Virus record (IMG/VR): IMGVR_UViG_3300027776_000009 | DNA from: a virus | Taxonomy: Duplodnaviria > Caudoviricetes | Length of the DNA stretch: 64,000 bases | Strand: one strand, 5' to 3' | Shown here: piece by piece, positions 48,410-57,777 of the stretch | Layout: every line of letters begins with the position of its first letter | How positions within the stretch are numbered: the stretch's first letter is position 1 | Translations under genes and position numbers: made by a program | The notes under the pieces: generated by a model | What the model was told of the DNA's origin: nothing | What the model saw: the letters and a program-made list of their open reading frames with translations, nothing else | Databases searched by the model: none

Positions 48410-48743
48410 GTTTCTCTCCAGAGTATGGCTGTACAGCCAGAACAAACAACCCTCCGTCGCCACAGGCTTTATTGAGACGCTTACTCAGCTCCTCATACAC
48501 CAGGGCTCTCTCGTGACAGAAGTGGTCATCTAAAGGAAGCGGGTGATCCGTTTTGGCTTTCACCCACCATTGATGTAACCCGGCTTGGCGACCAATCCGC
48601 ATAGCCTGCGTCTCGCTCAGCCAGATGGCAACTAACACTCTTGCGTTGGCGTTGGGTAAAACCCCTCGCCAGAGTAATGACCAGTTGGACGAGCGGTGTG
48701 GGGTATCCATACGCACTCTGACTACACAGCTATCATCACTCAT
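48375..48743 (-). CDS. Hypothetical protein (122 aa)
   Basis: ATGA-coupled to the upstream structural gene. Confidence 0.5.
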   Translation of the reverse strand: MSDDSCVVRVRMDTPHRSSNWSLLWRGVLPNANARVLVAIWLSETQAMRIGRQAGLHQWWVKAKTDHPLPLDDHFCHERALVYEELSKRLNKACGDGGLFVLAVQPYSGEKHERKVHRRGGS

Positions 48744-50113
48744 GTTTCATCGCCTTTACGGGTCTTAGGTTTCTTTTCTACAAACAGGGTTAAGGCTGTC
48801 TGCGCCGCGAATCGTCTGACTTTGGGATTGGTGTTTGTGGGCTGGGTAACGGTGTGAGAACCTACCAGTGTCCCATAGAGTTCTTGCACGGCGTCGTTTT
48901 CTACATAGAGGTACTTGACAGGCATGCCGGGGTAGAGCAGTGTGTCATTGCTATTCTCCCAGATGGTACGTATGTACGCTCCGTTGCGAGCCGCAATTTT
49001 CGTGTACTCCGTCAAATAGTTTGCCGTAATCCGACTGCCGGATTCCACCACCATATTCAATCCGGTGTCTTGGGTCTCCGCAATAAACTCCGTGACATTG
49101 CCTGATTTCTTAACAGTCGCCTTGTTCCCATCGACTTCGATGAAGCCATCCATTACACGAGCCGCATCCATGAAGCGTATGCCGTTACCCGCATTGAGCT
49201 GCATCTCATTAGTCAGATCGTTGTGTTTAGTCTCACCGGTCGACAACACGATGAGCTGAGCAGGAGTTTCACGATACGAGCGCTCGGGATTAGGGAACCG
49301 TCCTTTGGGGACCTTCATTACGGTCAGCGTGCGTTTAGCCGCTGTGTACCCTTTGGTGTTATAGGGCGGGTAGAGATACCAGAATTGGTTCTGTAGGTAG
49401 AACTGAAACCCGGCGGGATATATCCCTCCGCATATCTGATTGATTAGCAGGGGGGCGGCAATAAGGGGGGTTAGGTGTGGGATGACAATGTGTTCACGGA
49501 CTTCAGGATTAAAGCCTTCTGCCACGGTAACTCCCTTGATTCGAGCTGAGACATCCTCCCCATCCTCTCGACTCATTTTAGTCAGTAGATACCGAATCAG
49601 GTCTACTCCGCGAATCTTGCGATATGGTCCACCAACGGATTTCATCCGCAACGTTTCCAAGGCAGGATCCAGCAATTGGAACCGCGCTGATGGGGCTTGA
49701 GTGCGATCCATGGTCTGCTGATTACTGGTCGTGATATCGCCGGACTCAATGGTCTTACTGCGTCCATCATAGGGAACTGCGCGATACCGGTATGAACTGA
49801 GCGGGAGGCTGTCCTCATTCTTCGGGATCTGTGATTCCGACATAGGCCAGTACTCAACCGTGGCTTCCAAAGAGGCTTTATACGGCATCACGTCGTACTG
49901 TAGTGAGCCCGCTGAGATAGCCACGGAGATACTCATGATGTCCGCATATTGCTCAATGTAGTTACGCTCCAACTCAATATCGTTGACATGATACGTCGCA
50001 ATATCTTTTCCGTTGGCGTGAAGGGTGCAGACCAGACGATAGAAGACATCCTTTTCACCGGAGCCGCTGATCGCACCAATCTCAGCCAAGTAGGCTTGGA
50101 CTTGTCTCGACAT
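48740..50113 (-). CDS. Virion structural protein, baseplate hub-like (phiKZ gp101-like)
   Basis: GGIYPAG, W.LYP.Y, N.GNG.RF and WENS...LLYPGMPV motifs. Synteny. Confidence 0.7.
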   Translation of the reverse strand: MSRQVQAYLAEIGAISGSGEKDVFYRLVCTLHANGKDIATYHVNDIELERNYIEQYADIMSISVAISAGSLQYDVMPYKASLEATVEYWPMSESQIPKNEDSLPLSSYRYRAVPYDGRSKTIESGDITTSNQQTMDRTQAPSARFQLLDPALETLRMKSVGGPYRKIRGVDLIRYLLTKMSREDGEDVSARIKGVTVAEGFNPEVREHIVIPHLTPLIAAPLLINQICGGIYPAGFQFYLQNQFWYLYPPYNTKGYTAAKRTLTVMKVPKGRFPNPERSYRETPAQLIVLSTGETKHNDLTNEMQLNAGNGIRFMDAARVMDGFIEVDGNKATVKKSGNVTEFIAETQDTGLNMVVESGSRITANYLTEYTKIAARNGAYIRTIWENSNDTLLYPGMPVKYLYVENDAVQELYGTLVGSHTVTQPTNTNPKVRRFAAQTALTLFVEKKPKTRKGDET

Positions 50114-50116
50114 AGG

Positions 50117-50713
50117 TCACCTGTGCTGCCTAATAATTGAGGGAAGAACACTTTGATACTCACGCTGCGGGCGCTGCGTGACAGGTTGCTCGTCGTCATC
50201 CAGATACGCATTACGCCGTCGCTTCTTAGCAATACTCATAACGGGTTTTGCCAATGGGGTGTTATTCGACATCCGTTTAGCCATGGCCGCAAAGCCCCCG
50301 GTGGGTGTCTCACCGTCGTTGAATCTGAGACTGATCCCATGGACGATTTGTGCGAGCTGGTCCAGCTTCATGAGGTCATCGCGAGGAGGGGCTTTCCCGT
50401 TCAAGGAGTTACTGAGTATCCATTGCCAATCCTGGAGGTGTTTCTGAATGAGTTGGTATATGGAAACCGAGTCCTTGGGGTATACCAGTGTGATGGGGAC
50501 TCCTAAGTCAATGCGCTCCGCCATATCACTGATCGGAAGTTTGACGTGGCGACTACTGCGTAAGTAGACGCTGTCTTCCTCGTCATCGCCGGAATAATGA
50601 CGTGAAATCACACCATCCGCATCTTGCTCATGGAAAAAGATCTCCGGGATTTCAACATCAAACAAGCGATGAAAGATCAGAAACGCTGCGTTCTTGGGGT
50701 TTCTCGGCATCAT
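50117..50713 (-). CDS. Conserved hypothetical protein (phiKZ gp100-like)
   Basis: IY..IQ.HL..W and P..DL.KLD.LA motifs. ATGA-coupled. Confidence 0.65.
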   Translation of the reverse strand: MMPRNPKNAAFLIFHRLFDVEIPEIFFHEQDADGVISRHYSGDDEEDSVYLRSSRHVKLPISDMAERIDLGVPITLVYPKDSVSIYQLIQKHLQDWQWILSNSLNGKAPPRDDLMKLDQLAQIVHGISLRFNDGETPTGGFAAMAKRMSNNTPLAKPVMSIAKKRRRNAYLDDDEQPVTQRPQREYQSVLPSIIRQHR

Positions 50714-52122
50714 AAGGACCTCTGCGTCATCTTCAGCATGGCCAGCAAAATGGGGATGTAATAATACCGCTCCAGCCGCCCCCAAGTCCGGATAGTTTCG
50801 CAGAACGTCACTAGAATCGGAATAGGGACTTCACGATGTTCGAAATAGTGATGGATCATCAGCTCCAGTTTAGACATCCCCTCCGTATTGTCGCTATAAA
50901 AGAAACTGGATAGAACATATCCGTCATCAAGCAATATGGGATGGACTAAGGGGACTTCATCGGACAAGAACGCTTGATCAATCGGTAGCTGATCTCCGTC
51001 GTCCAGATAGAGTCCGCTCAATACGTTGTTGAAGAGTACGGAGGCTAAGTCAACCGCCCAATCATTCAACGTAATAAGTGGTATTCCCGTAATAGGTTGT
51101 GCATGCCCGTAGTCCTTGTCTACAGAGGTTCCCAGTGCTTTGGGAGCCACCACCGTTCTTATGCCGCTATAACGCACGCAGTCAATAGCCGGCTGAGGCG
51201 CCCACTCAACCACCGAGATTCCCTGGGTGGTAGCAAACACATCCCGCAATTGATTCTTATCCACCGCCAACAGGGCCGTGTAGAAATCGGGCTGTTCTAA
51301 CAACGGAACACCCTGTACGTTGAGCTGACGAGCTTTGTAGAGATTCGGGTATTCGCGAGTGTCGTAGAGTCGCAGTACGGCATTCGTCACGTAGGGATCG
51401 TACGTGGGCTCAACTTGCCCCGGGACCAGAAAGGTGCGATATTCCCGCGAGTAGAACTGGTCTGACCAGTGCTTGAAGAGATCAGCTTCCAACGTCTCTA
51501 GGGTTTTGCGGTTCTCAACCCCTTCGCTGGTTAGCATGGGGTTTTGTCCGTAGGCGAGATAATCGCGCTGGAAGTAAACCGTTTTAACCACTCGGGTATT
51601 GATCAGTATATCCAAGTCCTGCGTCATGAAGCGCGCTAATACAAACGACACCTCATAGCAGGTTTCTTTCAGGATGGTTTTCTTCTGAACATCCGTGATC
51701 GTAAACTGTCCAGCTCTCCCATCCCCAATGTCAGCCACAAAAGCATCGCCCTTATTGGGCTTCAGATAGGGGAAGATCGTTGCGCTACCCGTGACGGTGG
51801 CAATCTGAGTCTCCGGATCAATCGATGGCGAGAGGCTGTCTTGGAGTTTGAGTATAAATCCTTTCACCAAGAGATACTGTTGATAAACCGCTTGCTGTGT
51901 GGGCTGAAAGGGGGATAGCTCTTCGTCAGCCCCTACTTGCTGACTGTAGTAATCCACGAACCAATTCGAGCCAGCAATATACACCAACAGGGAAGATAGC
52001 GGGTTTTCCTTGGCGTCCACTACCGAGTGACGATAATCCACATCCGCAATGCGTGCCGTGGGAACAAGCTGACCAGGATGCGGTTGTGGAACACTGGTGG
52101 GTTCTTCGATAATAGGCATCAT
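50710..52122 (-). CDS. Virion structural protein (phiKZ gp99-like)
   Basis: G..W.VDYYSQ, PN.GD.F.ADIGDG, YDPY and Y.LS..FY...W..LER.Y motifs. Confidence 0.75.
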   Translation of the reverse strand: MMPIIEEPTSVPQPHPGQLVPTARIADVDYRHSVVDAKENPLSSLLVYIAGSNWFVDYYSQQVGADEELSPFQPTQQAVYQQYLLVKGFILKLQDSLSPSIDPETQIATVTGSATIFPYLKPNKGDAFVADIGDGRAGQFTITDVQKKTILKETCYEVSFVLARFMTQDLDILINTRVVKTVYFQRDYLAYGQNPMLTSEGVENRKTLETLEADLFKHWSDQFYSREYRTFLVPGQVEPTYDPYVTNAVLRLYDTREYPNLYKARQLNVQGVPLLEQPDFYTALLAVDKNQLRDVFATTQGISVVEWAPQPAIDCVRYSGIRTVVAPKALGTSVDKDYGHAQPITGIPLITLNDWAVDLASVLFNNVLSGLYLDDGDQLPIDQAFLSDEVPLVHPILLDDGYVLSSFFYSDNTEGMSKLELMIHHYFEHREVPIPILVTFCETIRTWGRLERYYYIPILLAMLKMTQRSL

Positions 52123-53648
52123 GTCCTCCGATGGGATAATAAGGTAAAGGCTCCAACGCGACCCCAAGCAGCTTGTTGTCCATTACCCAAGTAGTAACTG
52201 CTGTTACTCATCACCGCCAGCACCGCCATAAAGTCGTCAAACGAAATCGTTCCGTCAAGGCGCAGTGTGGGAAGTGTTGCCGTAGGGTCTATGGTTCGGA
52301 TAAGCTCGATGGCAAACGCGCCGTATTGACACAGTTTTTTCTTGGCGCGAAGCGACAGGAGGTTTAGGTCTACCAACATTCCGATAAGCAACCGATACGG
52401 AACCTTGACATCCATGGGGGTTAGTGTACGCACATCCATGGACTGCGTGATCATGAGTTGATCAGACGGCAAGAGCTCTTGTTTTCGCATCAGTTGCAAG
52501 AGGAAGACCGATTCGTAAGGCTTTGCCAAATAAATGGGTGTGTCGCGCATGTACGCCATGGCCGAAGGCTTGAATGCCCACGGGCCCAAGGCAGTCAGAT
52601 TGAGTAAGGCGGTTGGATCCGCTTCATCGATACCGATGAGTATACGAAAAACGTTCTGATGAGTTGTAATGGGCCGCATAGGAACCCATTCATCATAGGT
52701 CGGGATAGGAATACCCGGCACCTGTTCCCACGCGCGCCCTAGGCGCTTCATGTACGTAAACTCGTTGAGCACCGTCTGACTCAAAGACCGGCGGATGTAG
52801 TAATCCTCCAGCTCAGCAGGCTTGATATCTGGGCGATACTTTTTCCCGATAACCGTATTGTGAATAACAATCGGGTAAATCAAAACCGTACTGTCAACGC
52901 GGTCGTAGTTGAACGTATACGTGAACGAAACCACGTAGTTCCCCGCTTCGCCATCGCGCTCCGCCCTCGGTGGTTGGATATTGAAATCCGTATGCCCCAT
53001 GACGCCAGACTGACTCTCACGAATCACAAACAACGGATTATTACCCGCCTGATTAGTAATCACAGTCATGTTACTGACAAAGCATCGCTTAAGCCACTGG
53101 GGAAACGTCGTCCCATCTCCACCTTTTAACTCGCGCAGGCGGTGGATTTCGTGCAGGATCACCATAAACTCGGGAGGGATCGGGTAATGGTATTCCGGAA
53201 CATGGAACTTTTCCGTGATCCCTTGCGCCACACGACGCTTCATCAGACGTTCCCAGGATTGTGCAGAGGTCTTATCCGGAGCGTTGTACTTGACTTCTAC
53301 CGTGGTTTGGATGCGTTGATAAACAGGCCGTATGTAGACGTCCAGTGACTCATCGGTAAAAACATGACGCTGTTCGGTACGGAGAATGGCCTGAACACCG
53401 GAATTATCTTCTTCGTATTCTTCGCTGACCTCAATCGTCAGACGTGGGTCCGTGGGGAGTTGATCCGGCGCGTCTTTGTCATCCAGGGTAGAGCCCGTGA
53501 CGGGGACGGCGCCCCCAGTGCCCGGGAACCGGATCGGAGTGGATCTCGGTAGGTTGGCAAATTGGAGCAGTTGTCGGATCACTTGCATTGCAACGGGGCG
53601 GGCGATGTTCTCCGAGATATCCGGAGTCTCCCAGGCAACCATAGGCAC
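52119..53648 (-). CDS. Virion structural protein (phiKZ gp98-like)
   Basis: RPV, F.D..L.V.IRPVY, YHYPIP, YPIVIHN and IP.YDEW motifs. GTG start with SD GGAG. Confidence 0.7.
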   Translation of the reverse strand: MPMVAWETPDISENIARPVAMQVIRQLLQFANLPRSTPIRFPGTGGAVPVTGSTLDDKDAPDQLPTDPRLTIEVSEEYEEDNSGVQAILRTEQRHVFTDESLDVYIRPVYQRIQTTVEVKYNAPDKTSAQSWERLMKRRVAQGITEKFHVPEYHYPIPPEFMVILHEIHRLRELKGGDGTTFPQWLKRCFVSNMTVITNQAGNNPLFVIRESQSGVMGHTDFNIQPPRAERDGEAGNYVVSFTYTFNYDRVDSTVLIYPIVIHNTVIGKKYRPDIKPAELEDYYIRRSLSQTVLNEFTYMKRLGRAWEQVPGIPIPTYDEWVPMRPITTHQNVFRILIGIDEADPTALLNLTALGPWAFKPSAMAYMRDTPIYLAKPYESVFLLQLMRKQELLPSDQLMITQSMDVRTLTPMDVKVPYRLLIGMLVDLNLLSLRAKKKLCQYGAFAIELIRTIDPTATLPTLRLDGTISFDDFMAVLAVMSNSSYYLGNGQQAAWGRVGAFTLLSHRRT

Positions 53649-53692
53649 GATGGTTCTCCATTCTCTTGAAAAAGGCTCATACAATTCGGTGA

Positions 53693-53727
53693 CGGCATAT
53701 TTCCCCAGGTAAAGACCTGGGGAAATA
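53693..53727 (-). terminator. Hairpin plus TATGCCG
   Basis: TATTTCCCCAGGT/ACCTGGGGAAATA stem directly after the head gene stop. Confidence 0.75.
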
Positions 53728-53735
53728 GCGTTTAC

Positions 53736-55139
53736 TTAGGCAGAGGCACCCTTCGGGATCGAAGCGCGGACCAGCGCCAGCGAGTCACGCAACACTGCGA
53801 TATAGTGACGCGAGACGGCGTGGTTGAAGCTGACCGCGGTGCGCCACAGCGCCATGATGCCGCGAGGCAGGCCGGCCAAGAAAGCACGCTGATAGCGATC
53901 CTTGTTCTCCATGTACGACATGGTTTCTTCGGCTTCGCGACCCAAGTCATTCACCATCTGAGCCATCTTCAAACCAGCGCGTTGATACGCGTCGATGTTG
54001 TCGCAGTAGCGAATGGCCAGTTGCGTAATTTCCTTGCTCTCCTTGACATTCAGACTCCGCATCACAGGGGTTTGACTGCCCGACTTAACGGGGGCGCGTT
54101 GGAGGCCAATGTCCCAACCTTCCACCATGTCATGGAAAGAGTTGGTGAGGATTTCAGCATGCGAGTTCCCTTCTTCGTCCGTGTAGGACTCCGCGTGGTG
54201 CATATCAAAGTCTTCGAAATGATAGTACATGTAGACATCACCCAAGAGGGGTTCCCCGCGGACGATGTGACTACCGGAGCCCGGTGCTTGAACTTCCTTA
54301 GTACGACCAATGACCTGAGTACCGTAACCCACCAGCGCCTTGTAGATGCTTTCACGGGCAGCGCTAATGGTCTTGAAGACAGAGTCGCTGCGACCAGGCT
54401 TCACAACGGCCTTAATGACGCCTTCCAGCGCGCCTTTGAGGTGACCAAGGCTACCCACGCCTTCTTCGCTACAGATGCGGCCAATGGCCTTATCGAGCGT
54501 TTTGAGGTTGGCGACCAAGGTCTTGCTGTCCGGGTACATTCCATTCAGGGTGAGGTTCTTGGATTTGATCTTGACTTCTTCGCCGCCGTCGAAATCAGCA
54601 GCGCCTGCGGCGGCTTCCAACTGCTTGGCGCGTTCGCGGATAAACTTGGCGGCGTTACGCACCCAGTTCCACCAGTCACTGATGCTACCCATCAGTTTCT
54701 TGACACCGGCTGTGAAGCTCTTAGTCAGTTTACTGATCGTGTCGCGAATACCTTCCAAAGAAGCATTGACTTCTTTGTCTTGAGCCGCGTTATCGCCATC
54801 GTCCAGATCTTCGCTGATTTCTTCCATCGAGGCACGACCCGTGGGGATAATCCCCCAGCGCTTCGCAATGCGAGCATGGGACATGTTGGCAAACGCGATG
54901 GCTTGCTTGCTGCATCGCCCGCTAGCCAAAGCGGATTCCAGTGCGGCAGCAGCCGACCCCAAGGTGCCAATATCTGCCGCAGCGGTATCCATAATGGAGA
55001 CGTCGTCCGACATTTCTTTGCTGGTGTTGGATTCTTCCAGCAATTGCGATTCCACGGTATCCGAAGGCTCAATAGCTGCGGAAGGTTCGTTCTCAGTCAG
55101 GTCTTCCAGACCCAGACGATACATCAGTTTGTTCGACAT
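53736..55139 (-). CDS. Inner-head protein paralog
   Basis: MSNKLMYRLGLEDL leader and ASMEE and ASLEG sites. Strong codon bias. Confidence 0.8.
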   Translation of the reverse strand: MSNKLMYRLGLEDLTENEPSAAIEPSDTVESQLLEESNTSKEMSDDVSIMDTAAADIGTLGSAAAALESALASGRCSKQAIAFANMSHARIAKRWGIIPTGRASMEEISEDLDDGDNAAQDKEVNASLEGIRDTISKLTKSFTAGVKKLMGSISDWWNWVRNAAKFIRERAKQLEAAAGAADFDGGEEVKIKSKNLTLNGMYPDSKTLVANLKTLDKAIGRICSEEGVGSLGHLKGALEGVIKAVVKPGRSDSVFKTISAARESIYKALVGYGTQVIGRTKEVQAPGSGSHIVRGEPLLGDVYMYYHFEDFDMHHAESYTDEEGNSHAEILTNSFHDMVEGWDIGLQRAPVKSGSQTPVMRSLNVKESKEITQLAIRYCDNIDAYQRAGLKMAQMVNDLGREAEETMSYMENKDRYQRAFLAGLPRGIMALWRTAVSFNHAVSRHYIAVLRDSLALVRASIPKGASA

Positions 55140-55205
55140 GGTTAAACCCTCGGGGGTATGTGTAGTAAAGCGCTCACTTGAGATACGAGTGTCATAAATA
55201 ACAGC

Positions 55206-55475
55206 TTAGGATCGGTTATCTATCCACCACTGCACATAGTTACCCAGATAAGTACCTGCCCACCCACCTGCACCGGCTGCTAGAATAACCATGGGGTTGT
55301 TAGCATACTCAACAACGACTGCTGCCCCCACCATGGTTATTGCCGAACCCGTAATCGCAGCGCGGTGGATCTGATGTCTAGCAATGGCCTGGATGTAGAT
55401 TACATAAACGGCATCAAAGAATAAGATGCCGAAGAATGCAATCAGATAAGGCTTAGCTGTTGTGATTAGACCCAT
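55206..55475 (-). CDS. Small multi-TM membrane protein
   Basis: 89 aa hydrophobic ORF with GGWAGTYLG. SD GTAGG. Confidence 0.65.
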   Translation of the reverse strand: MGLITTAKPYLIAFFGILFFDAVYVIYIQAIARHQIHRAAITGSAITMVGAAVVVEYANNPMVILAAGAGGWAGTYLGNYVQWWIDNRS

Positions 55476-55851
55476 CGCAAATACCTACCTCAGGTATAAC
55501 AGGTAGATTGCCGATTGCTACAGCCATTGCCTGTGGGTCCGTAACATCTACCATCTGTCCGTTCTTCACAGCCTTCATCATCCAGTCGGGCTGCGCAGTC
55601 GCCAATGCAACTGCATGAGAGAGCAGATCCGTTGGGTCGGGTGTGGATCCCAATGAAACGGCACTTACAGTGCTGAGAACTACTCCGGTCGACTGGATGC
55701 TCATCAATTTATCCAACTCATCAAACACCTTACGGCATTCAACTTGATAAGGATTATCTTCACGACGGCGTGCAATAGGGTTGTGGTGTGCTGCAATAAA
55801 GAGTTCTCTGAACTCCTTCCACGTATCGTTCAATGTTGATAACTCAGTCAT
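55453..55851 (-). CDS. Hypothetical protein
   Basis: ORF coupled to the HD gene. Confidence 0.55.
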   Translation of the reverse strand: MTELSTLNDTWKEFRELFIAAHHNPIARRREDNPYQVECRKVFDELDKLMSIQSTGVVLSTVSAVSLGSTPDPTDLLSHAVALATAQPDWMMKAVKNGQMVDVTDPQAMAVAIGNLPVIPEVGICDGSNHNS

Positions 55852-55855
55852 GGTA

Positions 55856-56746
55856 TCAGTATCCGTCAAACTGTTCAGACGCGACTTCGCGAGCCACGTG
55901 GTAGACCAGATAGGTTAACAGCTCAGCTTCCACCATCTGAGGACTATCCGCCAATTCCTGCTTCAGTCCTTTGTTATGCCATTCGAAGCTCTTCATAAAC
56001 CGGATCTGGTTTCTGCAGAAGCTAAGAAAGTCCGTATGTCCGAGCCGAGTGTTCAGCTCTGCAAAGAGCCCTTCGTAGACTTCCTCGAAATAGTCACGAG
56101 AGAGAAACGCCAGGCGATCAATGTCACGGAGAATACTGCCCAGCGTCGTTGGTTCACGATTGTACGGATACTCGGACTCCATAACCAACCACCGGCACTG
56201 CCCCATGGTTTCATCAAGCTGACGAGCCGTTTCCATATGAAGGTCATCAAGGAAATCATCAAGCGTCACACCTGCAGCGTAAAAAACAGGGTAGTGTCTC
56301 CAGTCCCCATTGATAGGTACTGTGAACAACGTGAGAACTCGGGCGATGTTGGCACTGTCGTCGTATTGCCCTTGGCTATGGTAGACGTCGTGCAGTAATA
56401 GCGTTAGCGCAACTACTTGGACCGACCGGGGGGTAAGGTCGGGACAGCCGCGCTTGACCGCAGAACTGAAAAAGCGATCCAAGGCGGTCAGGACGTGTGC
56501 CCGATTGTGGTAGGTTTTACGGATATACTGAGTAGGGTCTTGTGTTTCGTAAATCCCAATACTCGGGTCAGAGTACTCCCCCAGCCAGTAACTGAAAAGC
56601 GCTTGCCCTGTCTTCGGGAACAGACGTATGAAGTTGTTCATGACGTTATTCTGTTCGGCGTACATGTCGTCAAATGAACAGGGTTTCAAAAGGCCACGGC
56701 TAACGAGGCGGCGTTTCACTTCTGCCACCGTTTCAATATTGTTCAT
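55856..56746 (-). CDS. HD-domain phosphohydrolase with PDEase-like YHNxxH motif
   Basis: YHNRAH, LLHDVYH, ILRDID, NQIRFM. SD GGAGAG. Confidence 0.75.
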   Translation of the reverse strand: MNNIETVAEVKRRLVSRGLLKPCSFDDMYAEQNNVMNNFIRLFPKTGQALFSYWLGEYSDPSIGIYETQDPTQYIRKTYHNRAHVLTALDRFFSSAVKRGCPDLTPRSVQVVALTLLLHDVYHSQGQYDDSANIARVLTLFTVPINGDWRHYPVFYAAGVTLDDFLDDLHMETARQLDETMGQCRWLVMESEYPYNREPTTLGSILRDIDRLAFLSRDYFEEVYEGLFAELNTRLGHTDFLSFCRNQIRFMKSFEWHNKGLKQELADSPQMVEAELLTYLVYHVAREVASEQFDGY

Positions 56747-56764
56747 GATTCTCTCCAGATGTTC

Positions 56765-56796
56765 AAAAAAGAAAAGGGTGAGGAAAGTCCTCACCC
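56765..56796 (-). terminator. Intrinsic terminator
   Basis: GGGTGAGGA/TCCTCACCC stem plus TTTTCTTTTTT. Confidence 0.8.
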
Positions 56797-56808
56797 AAGC
56801 ACAGCAAC

Positions 56809-57597
56809 TTACTGATCGATACTGGTCCGGAAGTGGTCGCATCCCCACTCGCTGTGAACGCAGTACTTCACCGCCGTCAGTTCGACAAACTGCTCCGTAT
56901 CAACCCACGACGGATTACCGGGTTGGTAAACCATCACATCTTCTATTTTGGTGCCATCAGTCATGACACCGCGGGTGTATACCAAGACGGTATGGGCATC
57001 GTCAGGGAATGGGACCTGAGACGGCACGGGACCGCTATCGTCACGATTCCCCTTCTTGATCAGCTTACGCACATCTTTGCCAACCTTACGGGCAGCTTTG
57101 GTAAAGGCTTCGATGTCCATCTCATCAAGCATGCGCTCAGCGCGCACATCGAAGGGTTCTTCACCGGACAAGTCTTCAACAGTCGAGATAACACCCAGAA
57201 CCGGAGGCTTCTCAGTCAACCACTCAGCATTGCCATAATTGACACGTCGGTCCCCGATAACGTCCAGAGCCATAGCACGGGCGCGCTGATCCAGGGAATC
57301 GATTTCTTCCTGAGTGGCCAGACGAAGCATGTAGTTTGGCAGCTGACGAGTTTCGTGTTCACGTCCATGGGGGGAGTAAAAGCCCACAGTAACGGAAGGC
57401 GTTGTATTATCGACGCGGTCGAGACTGGAACCGGGTCCTGTAGTCTGGCGATTGTTATCAAACACAACCAGCAACACGTCAGTATTGCGGTTATCTTTGA
57501 ACAGATCGTGATATACGACCAAATCACCGGTGTTGAAAGAAACGGGAGCGTTCTTCAAAACGGTAGCGAGGGCAATCAGGCGAGTAGACATCTTCAT
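56809..57597 (-). CDS. Hypothetical protein, paralog of the N-terminal half of 59295-60761
   Basis: Shared M..S.RL..LA..L, G..VVY..LF, VG.Y.P.G...E and RLAT..EI motifs. Confidence 0.75.
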   Translation of the reverse strand: MKMSTRLIALATVLKNAPVSFNTGDLVVYHDLFKDNRNTDVLLVVFDNNRQTTGPGSSLDRVDNTTPSVTVGFYSPHGREHETRQLPNYMLRLATQEEIDSLDQRARAMALDVIGDRRVNYGNAEWLTEKPPVLGVISTVEDLSGEEPFDVRAERMLDEMDIEAFTKAARKVGKDVRKLIKKGNRDDSGPVPSQVPFPDDAHTVLVYTRGVMTDGTKIEDVMVYQPGNPSWVDTEQFVELTAVKYCVHSEWGCDHFRTSIDQ

Positions 57598-57689
57598 GGT
57601 AAATCTCCATTTGTACATGGTTGGGTAAAGTGTCGGGATGAGCGTCATGTAATGACTGACTCTGTAAGAATTAACCCGACTCTACCTAA

Positions 57690-57702
57690 GTAGTGTGTAT
57701 GT
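57690..57702 (-). promoter_or_regulatory. Early-promoter-like motif ACATACACACTAC
   Basis: Exact copy at 60838-60850. Confidence 0.65.
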
Positions 57703-57720
57703 TAATTGTTTTTGAAATGA

Positions 57721-57753
57721 CGGCATACAGGCTGATACACGTGTATCAGCCTG
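57721..57753 (-). terminator. 26-bp perfect palindrome plus TATGCCG
   Basis: CAGGCTGATACACGTGTATCAGCCTG followed by TATGCCG on the minus strand. Confidence 0.7.
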
Positions 57754-57777
57754 ATGGTCTTAACTTTTCTCGGCGGG

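Noticed and set aside
53805-55145. Long antisense ORFs over highly biased genes (also 62888-63742, 20147-21304, 46075-47127, 56833-57693)
   Set aside because: Same shadow-ORF effect. The opposite strand carries the coherent gene.
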